Of a stretch of 64,000 bases of DNA, positions 44,801 to 55,270 are shown one piece after another. Under the pieces are notes generated by a model. It saw only the letters and a program-made list of their open reading frames with translations. It was not told the origin of the DNA and did no database searches. Origin of the DNA: Candidatus Stahliibacteriota bacterium (GTDB lineage Bacteria > Hydrothermota > Tepidihabitantia > SM23-42); contig JAUWCU010000003.1 in assembly GCA_030609135.1 (NCBI GenBank), positions 55 to 64,054 on the forward strand, written 5' to 3'. The position numbers were made by a program, and so were the translations under genes. Position 1 is the first letter of the stretch. The number at the start of each line of letters is the position of its first letter.

Positions 44801-45069
44801 ATACTAAAAAGAATGAGCCTTCGGTTCTAATTATTTCTTCTATCTTTATCAACAGAATACGAATAGACCTTTCATTATCTTCTAAAAAACCCATGGCTCT
44901 TATCCTTTATAATTTATTGGGGCAGAAAATCTTTTCAAGGTCTTATCCTGAAACTAAGTCTCTTATTATAAGAGGCAGAGAGATTGAAGAATTGAGTAAA
45001 GGAATATATTTCTTATCTGTCTATTCAGGAAAAAAAGAGATTGGCAGGGTTAAGCTGATAAAGAGATAA
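43948..45069 (+). CDS. SBBP-repeat beta-propeller protein, C-terminal part (about 7 x 48-aa repeats plus a T9SS C-terminal sorting domain); the frame is open upstream to about 43680
   Basis: Repeats follow [68 protein letters not shown]. The C-terminus ...[23 protein letters not shown] is a typical T9SS CTD. Confidence 0.65.
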   Translation: MKFTNVGIRLWATYYGGNDSDMVCSITTDNSGNVFITGWTLSTDFPIQDPGGGAYYQGANAGYRDAFILKFTNTGVRQWATYYGGNAGDWCNSITADSSGNVFIAGYTYSTNFPTYDPGGGAYYQETLGGVHDAFILKFTNTGVRQRATYYGGNNEDMCNSVTTDASGNIFVTGYTFSPDFPTYDPGGGAYYQGALAGGYDAFVLKFTNSGIRQWATYYGGNDVDCGFSIKTDNSGNVFVTGLTVSTNFPTQDPGGGAYYQGTHAGVGDVFLLKFETSLGIVEENTKKNEPSVLIISSIFINRIRIDLSLSSKKPMALILYNLLGQKIFSRSYPETKSLIIRGREIEELSKGIYFLSVYSGKKEIGRVKLIKR

Positions 45070-45126
45070 AGGCTCCATGTTTGCGCGTTGGTTTAATAAT
45101 AACTTTGTAATAATTGGAGGTGTGCG

Positions 45127-47931
45127 ATGGGGCGATTTAAGGTAATTCTTATCGTGATTGTAATCTATTTAATGGCTCAGATTGTTTTTGCTGAGCCCAC
45201 CGCAAAGACTTATATCTTTGCCGCATCCCAATATATGTTTTACCATCCCTGGTATGGTGGAAACCCTCTGGATTCGCTTTGCAAACACTTTGATGTGATT
45301 ATCTTTCATGACTGGAATAGGGATACAATCCCTACGATTCGGGATAGCACAAAAGTAGAATGGCGTAGAAATAATGCGCCAATACTTTTATTGTATAAAG
45401 ATGCAATGACTATATGTGGTCCAGGTCGTCCCTGGCATCCTGAACCAGACCCGACAATTGGTGGTCGTGAAACTGTTGGTGGGTATAATCATTTTGATTC
45501 GTTATTAAAGCAAAATTACCCGTCAGATACTTTCTTTATGTTAGCGACGACCGTAGGTTCTCAGCAAACTTCCCATTATGATACCATCGTTATCGGTAAT
45601 GATACTCTGCATCGTGTCAAGGCTGGTAGTGATCCCTCCTGGCAGTGGCGCTGGGCAATGGCATACGGTGAGTCATACTGGCGGAATTTTTATGCCTGCA
45701 CCACCAAGGTGCAATGCCTGCGGAATTATGCAGACACAACTTATGATGATACCTATTTTGACGGTGTACTCATTGATAATTTGTTACCCTTAAGAAGTCT
45801 GCATGGCTTATATCCACAACAATATCCCGACAATAACAGTTTTAGAGAGGCGGTTTATTCTTTCACCCAGACCGCCTGCTCTGAATATCATAATCTTACA
45901 TCACCTCCGGGTAATCCCCGTTCAATTCTTGGTACTGGCAATTTGAACTATATTTACTTAACACCTCTAAGTGATACAGTATGGAAAAAGCTTCTCCATA
46001 TTTTAGATGGCGGTATGGAGGAAGGCTCAGATGGCTTACACAGATTGTCTTTTAATGACTGGCATAGAATTATGCAGGAAATTGCAATGGCTGAATCTTT
46101 AGGTAAGATATCTTTTATACGTGAGGCAGTTGACTCATGCGAATACGATACAATTATCAATCCCTTTGGATTACTTTCGTTTAGTTCTACAAATCTGATG
46201 TTTGGTTTTACAAGTTATCTTATGGTCTTTGATTCTATGGCGCACTTCTATTTTTGTCCACGGGAAGGTCCGCATTACGCGTTTATCTGCTGGGCGCCAG
46301 TCTTAGATATTGATATTGGTAAGCCAATGGGGCGGTACATCCTGACCGCAGACACCCTCGCATATCGTTATTATGAAGGTGCAGCAGTATTTGCCAATCC
46401 GTGCAGTCTTTCATCAGTAACTGCAGGTTTCCCCGGTGATACTTTGTTGTTCATAAAGACAGCATCCTGCACAGTGGATGTTACAATTGACCAGTTAATA
46501 CTTCCTTCTCATACAGGGGTAATTGGACTTTATCCATTAAACTATTTCCAGGCAAGCGGTTTTGAGCCTGATGACCGTTTGTGCTGGGAGAACTACTGTC
46601 TTGAGGTTGAGGGGGTTACAAATTGCTATGCAAAAAGAGTGCAGGGTATTCCGCCAAACGGTGTGACACCACATTCCGGTCAATGGATGTATAAGGTTTA
46701 TGGTCAGGATGAGAGCACTGATACAAGTTTTGTCAGCTTCAAGGTCTTTCCGTACGATGTGCTGATTGAAGATCCCACTTATCTGTCTTTCTGGATATAT
46801 GTTGAAGATGCACCCGGCGATTCAGCACCGATTGGTATAGACTGTCTACTAAAGAGCGGCAAGCGGTTGAGTGAGTGGACAAAATTTGGCACGATTTTAG
46901 ACCAGTATGGTAAAGAAATAAATCCCGCTGACCGCCGTGTGCCCGAAGGTGCGTGGTATCAATATGTGTTTACATTTAACCCGGCAGTCAACGAAACGAT
47001 TGACCACATTGAGTTGGTTTATGATGGCTCGCAGATTTCAGAGACCGGCGATTTTTGTGCGTATATTGATGATATAGAGATACTAACTCAATTCCCGATA
47101 CTCGATACCTGGTATGCGGAGAAGTTTCCGGTTGGCAGTCCCATCAATAATCCTAACAATTATGACCCGAACTTCTATATGAACTTCATTGCTCAAGGCG
47201 ATTCTGTTAGATTGATTATCAATCCACAGGGTGATGGTGGTGAGGGTGCGCACTGGGTTAACCCGGCGCCAGGGATTAGAAACAACATTACTGATATTTC
47301 TGTTGATTCATTCACAACAGTCATCTGGAGTCAGTATGATAAGGCACACAGTCTGATTCTTTCGCTATTTGTCCATGATAACCAGGAGAATAACCGATGG
47401 CTTATGTATGCAAAGAATGCGAGCAATTGGTGGCCACAAACCGGCTGGGTTGATATGGGAGATACGGCGAGGCATTATAATATGTGGGAAGGGTTTTTTA
47501 GGAACATTAGAGATGATTATACTGCGGAATACGGCGGTGAAGTTGAACCCGAATCTATCATAGAGTTGAGACTGGAGCACTTTGCCCGGTCAGAATGGGT
47601 TGGTGATTCCGGTGGGACAATCAGGAATCTTTTCATCGTGCCCTTCACCCAGGAATTTACCATAAATCAAAATCAGACCTATACCAATATGCCATATGTA
47701 GCACTGAGGACCAAAGTGACTTCTGAGATTGTGGACTCAATGAATATCCATCAGGATTATAGCGATTCGCTTACGGATTCTACTGGCTGGATTGCCTATG
47801 ATACTTCCTATTGCTGGTATCTGCGAGAGGGAGAAGGAAACAACACAGTTTATATTCAATACAAGGTTGGTGGTTTCAGCGAGAGTCCGGTCTATTGCGA
47901 TACCATCATCTTTGATAAAACTTTGACTTGA
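45127..47931 (+). CDS. secreted 934-aa protein; N-terminal half is a putative glycoside-hydrolase-like TIM-barrel (GH114/TM1410-like, DGVxxDN motif), C-terminal half unknown
   Basis: Signal peptide MGRFKVILIVIVIYLMAQIVFA. YFDGVLIDNLL resembles the GFDGVFLD motif of GH114/GHL families. The assignment is tentative and made without a search. Confidence 0.4.
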   Translation: MGRFKVILIVIVIYLMAQIVFAEPTAKTYIFAASQYMFYHPWYGGNPLDSLCKHFDVIIFHDWNRDTIPTIRDSTKVEWRRNNAPILLLYKDAMTICGPGRPWHPEPDPTIGGRETVGGYNHFDSLLKQNYPSDTFFMLATTVGSQQTSHYDTIVIGNDTLHRVKAGSDPSWQWRWAMAYGESYWRNFYACTTKVQCLRNYADTTYDDTYFDGVLIDNLLPLRSLHGLYPQQYPDNNSFREAVYSFTQTACSEYHNLTSPPGNPRSILGTGNLNYIYLTPLSDTVWKKLLHILDGGMEEGSDGLHRLSFNDWHRIMQEIAMAESLGKISFIREAVDSCEYDTIINPFGLLSFSSTNLMFGFTSYLMVFDSMAHFYFCPREGPHYAFICWAPVLDIDIGKPMGRYILTADTLAYRYYEGAAVFANPCSLSSVTAGFPGDTLLFIKTASCTVDVTIDQLILPSHTGVIGLYPLNYFQASGFEPDDRLCWENYCLEVEGVTNCYAKRVQGIPPNGVTPHSGQWMYKVYGQDESTDTSFVSFKVFPYDVLIEDPTYLSFWIYVEDAPGDSAPIGIDCLLKSGKRLSEWTKFGTILDQYGKEINPADRRVPEGAWYQYVFTFNPAVNETIDHIELVYDGSQISETGDFCAYIDDIEILTQFPILDTWYAEKFPVGSPINNPNNYDPNFYMNFIAQGDSVRLIINPQGDGGEGAHWVNPAPGIRNNITDISVDSFTTVIWSQYDKAHSLILSLFVHDNQENNRWLMYAKNASNWWPQTGWVDMGDTARHYNMWEGFFRNIRDDYTAEYGGEVEPESIIELRLEHFARSEWVGDSGGTIRNLFIVPFTQEFTINQNQTYTNMPYVALRTKVTSEIVDSMNIHQDYSDSLTDSTGWIAYDTSYCWYLREGEGNNTVYIQYKVGGFSESPVYCDTIIFDKTLT

Positions 47932-47986
47932 AAATTGTTTTTAAAATAAGAAATTCTGTAACAATTAGAACTCTTGTTATTGCGAG

Positions 47987-48014
47987 CCCACACACCAATG
48001 CATTGGTGTGCGGG
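47987..48014. terminator. bidirectional stem-loop terminator between convergent genes (CCCACACACCAATG/CATTGGTGTGCGGG)
   Basis: 12-bp GC-rich stem embedded in a TTGCGAGCC...GGCGTGGCAATCTC repeat unit that is also present at 25136-25178. Confidence 0.5.
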
Positions 48015-48053
48015 CGTGGCAATCTCTATTTAGGATATCTGCAATTAAAAAAT

Positions 48054-49031
48054 CTATTTATTAACTTCATTAGCTAAGTACCAATCTATCATTCTTCGGA
48101 ACCCTTCTGTTATCTCTATCTTTTGTATAAACCCCTGTTCTCGTATTTTCTCTGCTTTATGGTGTGTAGCGGTAGCGAACTTCTTCATTCTTGCGGCGGT
48201 AATGGGAAGGTTGCGTCCTGTTATCTTGGCAAGGAGATCAAATATGCTGCCGAGAGATACTGCAAGAAATAAAGGTAGTTTGATTTTCGGTGCACCATAA
48301 GGCAGGCATGTGCCAATCACGTCTACTATCTGAGCTATAGTCATTTGTGGTTCATCAGAATAAGAGAAAATCTGAATACCAGGTTTTAGTTTGTCAATCA
48401 AGAATATGTTTGCATCCACTAAATTTTCTACATAAGCAACCGATTTTATATTATCACCTTTACCAACAAAAACAAATTTCTTCTTGTATATTTTGTCAAT
48501 TAAATTATAAACATTCGCGAAATTATTTGGCCCAAATATTACAGATGGTCTAATAATTATTACATTTCTGCTTTTGTCATCATCAACCCACTTCTGTATA
48601 ACTTTTTCTGCAGCCAGTTTCGATTCACCATAATTATTATCTGGTTGCGGAATAGTATTTTCAGTGCTGGGTTCGTCGTTTGTTCCGTATACTGCCACAG
48701 AGCTATAGAAAATCAGCTTCTTGATCTGCAATTTGGCTGCGCAGTCGAGCAGCATTTGGGTACCGGTTTCATTTACGTGAAAGAATTCTTCCCTTGTGAC
48801 GCCAAAATCATGGTGTTTTGCTGCGAGCGTAATGATTAAATCCACGCCCCGCGCTGCTTTAAGGATATCTTCAGGACATAGCATATTACCAACAAGGCAA
48901 GTGCAGAGCTTATTCAGTTCTTTTGGACCAGGGTTGATATCCAAGCCAATGACTTCATGTTTTTTCTCGACAAGCTTCTTAACCAGAAATTGACCGATAA
49001 AACCTGTGGAACCTATCACCAGTATTTTCAT
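48054..49031 (-). CDS. NAD-dependent epimerase/dehydratase (SDR family)
   Basis: GSTGFIG N-terminal Rossmann motif and YxxxK (YGESK). Confidence 0.7.
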   Translation of the reverse strand: MKILVIGSTGFIGQFLVKKLVEKKHEVIGLDINPGPKELNKLCTCLVGNMLCPEDILKAARGVDLIITLAAKHHDFGVTREEFFHVNETGTQMLLDCAAKLQIKKLIFYSSVAVYGTNDEPSTENTIPQPDNNYGESKLAAEKVIQKWVDDDKSRNVIIIRPSVIFGPNNFANVYNLIDKIYKKKFVFVGKGDNIKSVAYVENLVDANIFLIDKLKPGIQIFSYSDEPQMTIAQIVDVIGTCLPYGAPKIKLPLFLAVSLGSIFDLLAKITGRNLPITAARMKKFATATHHKAEKIREQGFIQKIEITEGFRRMIDWYLANEVNK

Positions 49032-49044
49032 GTGGATATTATAG

Positions 49045-50238
49045 CTAAAATGGATAATATTTCAATATTTCTCTTACTACTTGTTTTGAATCGAATTTTT
49101 GAAGAGCTATATCTCTACTTGCTTGGCCCATACTGGAAATCAACCCTGGGTTAGCAATATACTTTTCCATGGCTGAGGCAAGTTTTGCTGAATCCTTAAT
49201 TGGCACCAGAAAACCATTTATACCATCCTCAACAACCTCCCTACAGCCAGTTGAATCGGTAGTAATTATGGGCATTCCCATTGCGGCACCTTCTAATAGT
49301 GATAAAGGAAGCCCCTCTCGATAATAGGATGGCAAAACTATCACATCTGCCTTTTCATAATAGGTTTTTATATTATCAGTCATGCCAAAGTATTTCACTG
49401 TGCCTTCTTTATTCCATTTCTCCAATTGCTCTGAAGATATGCCTTTTGGGTTTTGTAGATCTACAGGACCCAATAACCAGAAATCAACGTTATTATATTT
49501 CTTGCGGAGCGTATATGCAGCATCGACAAACTCTTTAATCCCTTTGTCCCATAACATGCGGGCGGCAAGAATGAAGGTGACTACTTTTTTTCGCTCGTGC
49601 TTACGTGGCGAAAATTTGGCGGTATCAACACCTGTTCCTGGAATCACGCTTGTTTTCTGTTTATCTACCATTTTATGTTCAAGAAAGTAATTTCTATCAT
49701 CCTGATTTTGGAAAAATACATGTTGGGAGAATAGCATAGTTCTTCGGTAGAGAAATCTTACAATCTTTTGAACCCAGAACTTCTTGAAACTAGTACCAGT
49801 AAAGACATAACCCAATCCTGGAACCATATTGTAGATATGTCTAACACGCGATACGCGGGCTGCTATTGTGCCATAGATCACAGGTTTAACAGTGAAGTGT
49901 TGGACTATATCTGGCTTGTGGCGTTTATAAATGCTAAGGAATTTGAGAAATAGTACAATATCCTCAAATGGATTAATGCCACTGCGTGTAATCTGTATAT
50001 CTAGGTGCTTAATACCGTATTCTTGAAAATGTTTTGCATAGGAGTCAAACGGAGCAAGTGCAAATACCTGGTATCCACGCTTTACCAGTTCTTTAAGAAG
50101 CGGTAAACGAAAATTGAAAAGATACCAGGATGTGTTACTTGAAACTACAGTTTTTTTTGGTTTATCGTGAGACACTCGGGTTATTATATACGTTGGCATA
50201 ATAAAGTCAAGGATTCTCAAATGATTATTTCTTGACAT
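49045..50238 (-). CDS. glycosyltransferase family 4
   Basis: GT-B fold with the C-terminal motif EGLPLSLLEGAAMGMPIITTD. Confidence 0.7.
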   Translation of the reverse strand: MSRNNHLRILDFIMPTYIITRVSHDKPKKTVVSSNTSWYLFNFRLPLLKELVKRGYQVFALAPFDSYAKHFQEYGIKHLDIQITRSGINPFEDIVLFLKFLSIYKRHKPDIVQHFTVKPVIYGTIAARVSRVRHIYNMVPGLGYVFTGTSFKKFWVQKIVRFLYRRTMLFSQHVFFQNQDDRNYFLEHKMVDKQKTSVIPGTGVDTAKFSPRKHERKKVVTFILAARMLWDKGIKEFVDAAYTLRKKYNNVDFWLLGPVDLQNPKGISSEQLEKWNKEGTVKYFGMTDNIKTYYEKADVIVLPSYYREGLPLSLLEGAAMGMPIITTDSTGCREVVEDGINGFLVPIKDSAKLASAMEKYIANPGLISSMGQASRDIALQKFDSKQVVREILKYYPF

Positions 50239-50348
50239 ATGCGTATAATTTGTGTATTGTTATGAGCGAATTCAAGTGGTGCGGATTTATTATTACAATC
50301 TGAAAAAGGTGTTTCCAAATAGGGTGATAAAGAAAGGAAGGTAGAGAT

Positions 50349-50777
50349 ATGCCTCTTAATCAAATGAATGACCAACTGAACGACGCATTTGAAACATATT
50401 TTCCAAAATTTGGGGTTTTGATAAGATTTGTTTATAGATTATTTAGTTTACTCGTACTAATTGGGTTGAAACTACGAATTATGCTATTACCAGAAGCAGA
50501 TAGACGAGCTGTTGCTCAGGTATCAAAGTGGCTAAGACGAGGAGGTCAGCTTCTTGTCACCGTTCCATTTGGGAAACCTGAGGTGACCAAGAAGCACCGA
50601 ATTTATGATATTGGTAGATTGAAATATCTTTTTTCTGACTTCAAGTGGGTACAACAGCGGTTTTTTGAGCGAGTTGAGGGAGCATGGGTTCAGAGCAGTG
50701 CTGAGAAATTAAAAAATGTAGCTTCTTCTACCCTACCTCCTAATGACGTAGCGATTCTTGACCTTGAAAGGAAATGA
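50349..50777 (+). CDS. hypothetical protein; resembles a C-terminal fragment of a class I methyltransferase (possible gene remnant)
   Basis: LRRGGQLLVTVPFG resembles the post-motif-III region of SAM methyltransferases. There is no motif I, so it is possibly a decayed gene. Confidence 0.3.
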   Translation: MPLNQMNDQLNDAFETYFPKFGVLIRFVYRLFSLLVLIGLKLRIMLLPEADRRAVAQVSKWLRRGGQLLVTVPFGKPEVTKKHRIYDIGRLKYLFSDFKWVQQRFFERVEGAWVQSSAEKLKNVASSTLPPNDVAILDLERK

Positions 50778-50826
50778 TTAGAAAAGGTCACATATCAGTG
50801 TTAATGATTGCTGTGCACACCTCATC

Positions 50827-51939
50827 ATGTCCTTAAAGAAAATATTAATAGATGCTACAGGAATCGTTGATATACCCACTGGTTTAGGGAAATATAGCTA
50901 CTATCTTTTAAAAGCATTACTTAAAAGTTCAGATTATACATTTGTAGTACTTCACCAGGTAAGTTTAATGAAAACCCATCCACTTTTTCAACTAAGTAAG
51001 ACAAATCTGAGATTCATGCCCGTGGATGCTCCTACAATTGGTCCAAAGCGAGAGCTGACAATGTTCAGTTTGCGAAAGGAAATAAACGAGTATGATATTT
51101 TTCATTGCCTCAGCTCATATTTACCAGCTTTTGGTTTGCGCATTCCATCAATAGTAACGATACATGACCTGAAATATCTTCTGTTTCCTGATTTTTTTGG
51201 TAACCGATTTAAAACGCTATATTATGATTGGATAATTCGGAAAGGAATTCGAAACGCATCTCGTGTTATTGCTGTATCTGAGGCTACAAAAAGAGACATT
51301 GAAGATATTGGTGTGCGGTCAAATAAGATCCAGGTAATATATGAAGCTTCAACAATTCCATTTTCTGGTTCCAGCGATGATTTACCAGACGAATTGCGTG
51401 GTAAATCATACTTGCTATTCGTGGGTGAAAATCGACCCCACAAGAATATATTCAGACTCATAAAGGCATACAACAAAGTACTTTGTAGACTTGGTGAACT
51501 ATGTCCTTTTCTTGTGTTTGTCGGATCAGGATTTAATAGTCTAAAAGAGAGGTGTAAGTGTGAAAAAATACTTATTTGTGGACTAGTCTCGGAAGCAAAA
51601 GTAGTAAGTTTATATAGACATGCAATAGTGCTCATTTATCCATCTTTGTATGAAGGCTTTGGATTGCCAATATTAGAGGCAATGTCTACAGAAACGCCAG
51701 TCATTACTTCAAATTGTTCATCTATGCCTGAGGTTGCTGGAGAAGCAGCAATTCTTGTCGATCCATACAATGTAGATCAATTGGCAGATGCAATATTAAA
51801 GGTCATACAGAACAATTCCGAAAAGAGGAGATTAGGACATTTGGGCACACGACGTGCAAAATGTTTTTCCTGGGGAAGAGCAGCAAAATCGATTGAAGCT
51901 CTATATGCAAGAATTTTATCATATAGAGAAAACCGATAG
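50827..51939 (+). CDS. glycosyltransferase family 4
   Basis: EGFGLPILEAMSTETPVITSN is the canonical GT4 motif. Confidence 0.75.
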   Translation: MSLKKILIDATGIVDIPTGLGKYSYYLLKALLKSSDYTFVVLHQVSLMKTHPLFQLSKTNLRFMPVDAPTIGPKRELTMFSLRKEINEYDIFHCLSSYLPAFGLRIPSIVTIHDLKYLLFPDFFGNRFKTLYYDWIIRKGIRNASRVIAVSEATKRDIEDIGVRSNKIQVIYEASTIPFSGSSDDLPDELRGKSYLLFVGENRPHKNIFRLIKAYNKVLCRLGELCPFLVFVGSGFNSLKERCKCEKILICGLVSEAKVVSLYRHAIVLIYPSLYEGFGLPILEAMSTETPVITSNCSSMPEVAGEAAILVDPYNVDQLADAILKVIQNNSEKRRLGHLGTRRAKCFSWGRAAKSIEALYARILSYRENR

Positions 51940-51981
51940 TTATTAACCCACATCCTCAATCAAAAAAACCGGGCTGGATCA

Positions 51982-53082
51982 TTATAATTGTTCGCTATTC
52001 AAGAATTTTTTTTGCGGTCTGTCCAAAAACGGCAGAATTGCTTTATAATTTTCCCTGCCAACATCATCCCAGGTTCTTAATTTTTTGCTTAACCGGACAT
52101 TGTTTTTCATTATGGCATATCTTAAATTAGTATCACATGCTAATTTGCGAATTGCCAGAGCAAGCGATTCAGAATCTTCAGTGTCATAGAGAATACCATT
52201 GGTATTGTTGTCAATGATACCAACAGTTGTCGGTATACTAGATGCAATTACCGGAAGCCCAAATGAAATTGCTTCTACTAGAACCATACCAAATGTTTCG
52301 TGACGCGATGGAAAAACGAATAAGTCAGCCTTCTTATAGAGGTTTGAGAGTTCATTTGGTGACAAGCAACCATGAAATGATACATGGTCAGTCAATTGAC
52401 TTTCGTTGATTGTTTTTTGAATATTTCTGAAATAACTCGAATTTCTGTTATATAAACCAGCAACGTCCAAATGCAAGTCGAGATCTTTCAATCTACCCAT
52501 GGCCTTAATTAAAATATCCAAGCCCTTTCGCCATTCAACATGTCCGGTGAATAGTATTTTACTAACCTGCCTGTGAAATAATACTTCGTTCTGTCCTACA
52601 ACATTGGGCGCAGGATTGACTACAACTATTTTTTTTCTTTCGATATGAAAAACTTTGAATTGTTGGATGGCGGCTTTACTTGGTATAATAAGCAATGAGG
52701 CGCCTTGAAGAATTAGATATTCGCACAGAAATTCAAGCCATCTCATAAAGAAATTTTTCCTGAGATTGTATTGGGTTAAATGACAACCACATCCGTATTT
52801 GTTTCCCATTAGGCGGCTGAAAAAAAGCGGAATTAAAAGATAAAAATAGAGATTATGGTTGGTAAAAGAAAAAATACCTTTTCTGTTTCTCAAAAAGTGT
52901 TTAAGGATATAAACAACGAAAAGAAAACGATTATTTCTGGCTTTTATTGGAACTGTATCGCAATTAAACACATCCATATTTAATTTTTCACGCTTCAGAT
53001 ATTGTATAGTATTTGCTAAATAGTAATGTCCACCTGTACTAAGATTCTTGAAATTTCTATGAATTACTATGAGCTTATTCAT
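51982..53082 (-). CDS. glycosyltransferase family 4
   Basis: ETFGMVLVEAISFGLPVIASS matches the GT4 motif. Confidence 0.7.
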   Translation of the reverse strand: MNKLIVIHRNFKNLSTGGHYYLANTIQYLKREKLNMDVFNCDTVPIKARNNRFLFVVYILKHFLRNRKGIFSFTNHNLYFYLLIPLFFSRLMGNKYGCGCHLTQYNLRKNFFMRWLEFLCEYLILQGASLLIIPSKAAIQQFKVFHIERKKIVVVNPAPNVVGQNEVLFHRQVSKILFTGHVEWRKGLDILIKAMGRLKDLDLHLDVAGLYNRNSSYFRNIQKTINESQLTDHVSFHGCLSPNELSNLYKKADLFVFPSRHETFGMVLVEAISFGLPVIASSIPTTVGIIDNNTNGILYDTEDSESLALAIRKLACDTNLRYAIMKNNVRLSKKLRTWDDVGRENYKAILPFLDRPQKKFLNSEQL

Positions 53083-53319
53083 AATAATATAGTAGCATAA
53101 TATTATTTCCAGCCTATTATACTGATATCAGTGTGTATGTCAACGACGTAAAACTCTCAGTAATTTGGAATATAATATTTTTGATACGGAAATAAACCAA
53201 GTAGACCTACCAAATACGTTTTGATGTTTCTGACGTTGAAGCATATGTATTTGTGCTAATTGAGATGTGTAAGTTGCTCTGAAGCGATAGCTCTTGACAC
53301 ACAAAGGGTTGGGAGTATA

Positions 53320-53560
53320 ATGGTGCGATTAGATTCGCTCCGTTCTTGCAGCACGATATGCATATTCTGTTTTCATGAGGCATTATCAACTAGCTAATGT
53401 GGAACGTCATTTTACTTGCTTGGAATTAGGTCCAGGAGACTCTTTTTTCTCTGATTTAATACGGCAATCTGATTTCTTTGCTAAATCAGGGTTTTGCACG
53501 AATAGAATTAGGTTTGCAGAAATGCAAAACTTGTTTAAAAAAGCGGGATTTTAAGTTGAA
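53320..53560 (+). pseudogene. possible decayed methyltransferase remnant (short out-of-frame fragments)
   Basis: The fragments MVRLDSLRSCS... and LELGPGDSFFSDLIRQSDFFAKSGFCTNRIRFAEMQNLFKKAGF resemble the motif I and C-terminus of class I methyltransferases but are separated by stops and frame changes. Confidence 0.2.
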
Positions 53561-53839
53561 ATAATTAAAAAAAAGCGAATTGACACTAAAGAGATACTTG
53601 ACCTTAAGTAGCATTTACATATAATGTGTGGTAGTGGTGTGGTTTCAATCCTTGTTGGTTTTGTGATAAGGATTTCCTGGATGGGAATCGTTAATTATTA
53701 TTCTATAAAACGTGAGTTATGCCAAGATTGCAAAATATTTGTGTTTAGATACACTCGTGCGGGTGTGTGTTATATCATTAGGTAAAATCACAGTTGCTGA
53801 TGCTAAGAATATCAAACAAGCCGTGATTCATAAAACGAG

Positions 53840-55270
53840 ATGACCTATAATACTGATGCAATACATTCATCATTGATTCAAAAACTTTCAACTATATTTA
53901 ATCGTAGCAATCAGGGTGGGATTTTAGTTACTATGCTACTTATTTTGATATTGAGTCTAGAAGTCCTAACGGTGGTATTCTTTGCTTATTATGGATTTTA
54001 CGTTATTATTTCGTTACTACTTATTTTTCTGTTTCTTTTTACCGCATTTGCAATGGAGAAATCATACTATTTATTTACTGCATATTTCCTTATTCTTCCA
54101 GAGAAATTTTACAGTATTTTTTTTCCAGGTGTACCTATTACCTTTCACTGGGTAATTGGCTATCTTTTATTTCTTTTATTATTATTTTATTGGATTATCT
54201 ACGTATTGAAAAACTCTGTACAATTTTCATTTAAAGCTACAGATAAAATGTTGATAGTTTTTTTTATAGCAATTGCTGTTGCATTAGTGTCTGGGGTTCT
54301 AAGAAAGCACCAATTCTCGTTTATTCGATTAGAAATTATCGCTCTATCACTATATTTAGCCTATTTTATGGTCCTATATTCACCCTTGAAAAATAATCCA
54401 AAGCGGTTCTTTGATTTTGTAACATTGTGTTCAGTTATAATAGCATTTCAATTTTTGGATTCACTTTTTAAATTCGGAGGGAGTATTTTCTTGGTGCGTG
54501 TAGTTTCTATGCATATTCACGTGGCATTGCTTGCGATTTCTTATATTTGCATTACGTTAGTCTACTCAATGAATAGGATTAGAAGAATAATTATGGGATT
54601 GCTACTACCTCTTATATTCGCGAGTGTTATAATATCACAGCAACGAGCATTGTGGGGTGCTTCCTTGGTTATATGTGTGTTGGTTTTGTTAATATACATT
54701 TATCACAAACGTCATAAAATGAGAATTATTTTAATAACAATTGGTGGATCTATTGCTTTTGTGGTTTTGTCTTTTCTTATTATCAATTATTTAACAGCAG
54801 GTAGTTTCTATAATACTATAATTTCAAGGGGTCGTGTTCTATTGAATATTGAAGCAACCTTATCCGACGCATCATATATAATTCGAACAAATGAAATAGC
54901 TGAAGCGATCCAGACTGTAAAAGGTGATTTTCTTTTAGGCAAAGGAATTGGAGCTTCAACAATTTCAAGATGGCGTTTGATGAACCATGCCACCGTGGAT
55001 AATAGCTATGCTTACATCTATTGGAAAATGGGAATCTTAGGCTTGATAGGGTTTGTTGGTTTCTATATTGTTTTCTTTGTGAGGGGATTAAAATTACTTA
55101 GGTTACCAATAACCACCGATGAACGGATATTCACGATTGCCACGCTTTTAAATTTTGTCGGTCTGTTCATTGTTGGACTGACAAATGTGTGCATTGTGCA
55201 TTATAGATTTATACTCATTTGGGCTGCCAGTATTGGGTTTATAGAGTTTATTATAAGAAAATATGATTGA
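53840..55270 (+). CDS. wzy: O-antigen/EPS polymerase (Wzy / O-antigen ligase family) membrane protein
   Basis: 476 aa with about 11 TM helices and a large periplasmic loop near the C-terminus. The gene is very AT-rich. Confidence 0.55.
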   Translation: MTYNTDAIHSSLIQKLSTIFNRSNQGGILVTMLLILILSLEVLTVVFFAYYGFYVIISLLLIFLFLFTAFAMEKSYYLFTAYFLILPEKFYSIFFPGVPITFHWVIGYLLFLLLLFYWIIYVLKNSVQFSFKATDKMLIVFFIAIAVALVSGVLRKHQFSFIRLEIIALSLYLAYFMVLYSPLKNNPKRFFDFVTLCSVIIAFQFLDSLFKFGGSIFLVRVVSMHIHVALLAISYICITLVYSMNRIRRIIMGLLLPLIFASVIISQQRALWGASLVICVLVLLIYIYHKRHKMRIILITIGGSIAFVVLSFLIINYLTAGSFYNTIISRGRVLLNIEATLSDASYIIRTNEIAEAIQTVKGDFLLGKGIGASTISRWRLMNHATVDNSYAYIYWKMGILGLIGFVGFYIVFFVRGLKLLRLPITTDERIFTIATLLNFVGLFIVGLTNVCIVHYRFILIWAASIGFIEFIIRKYD

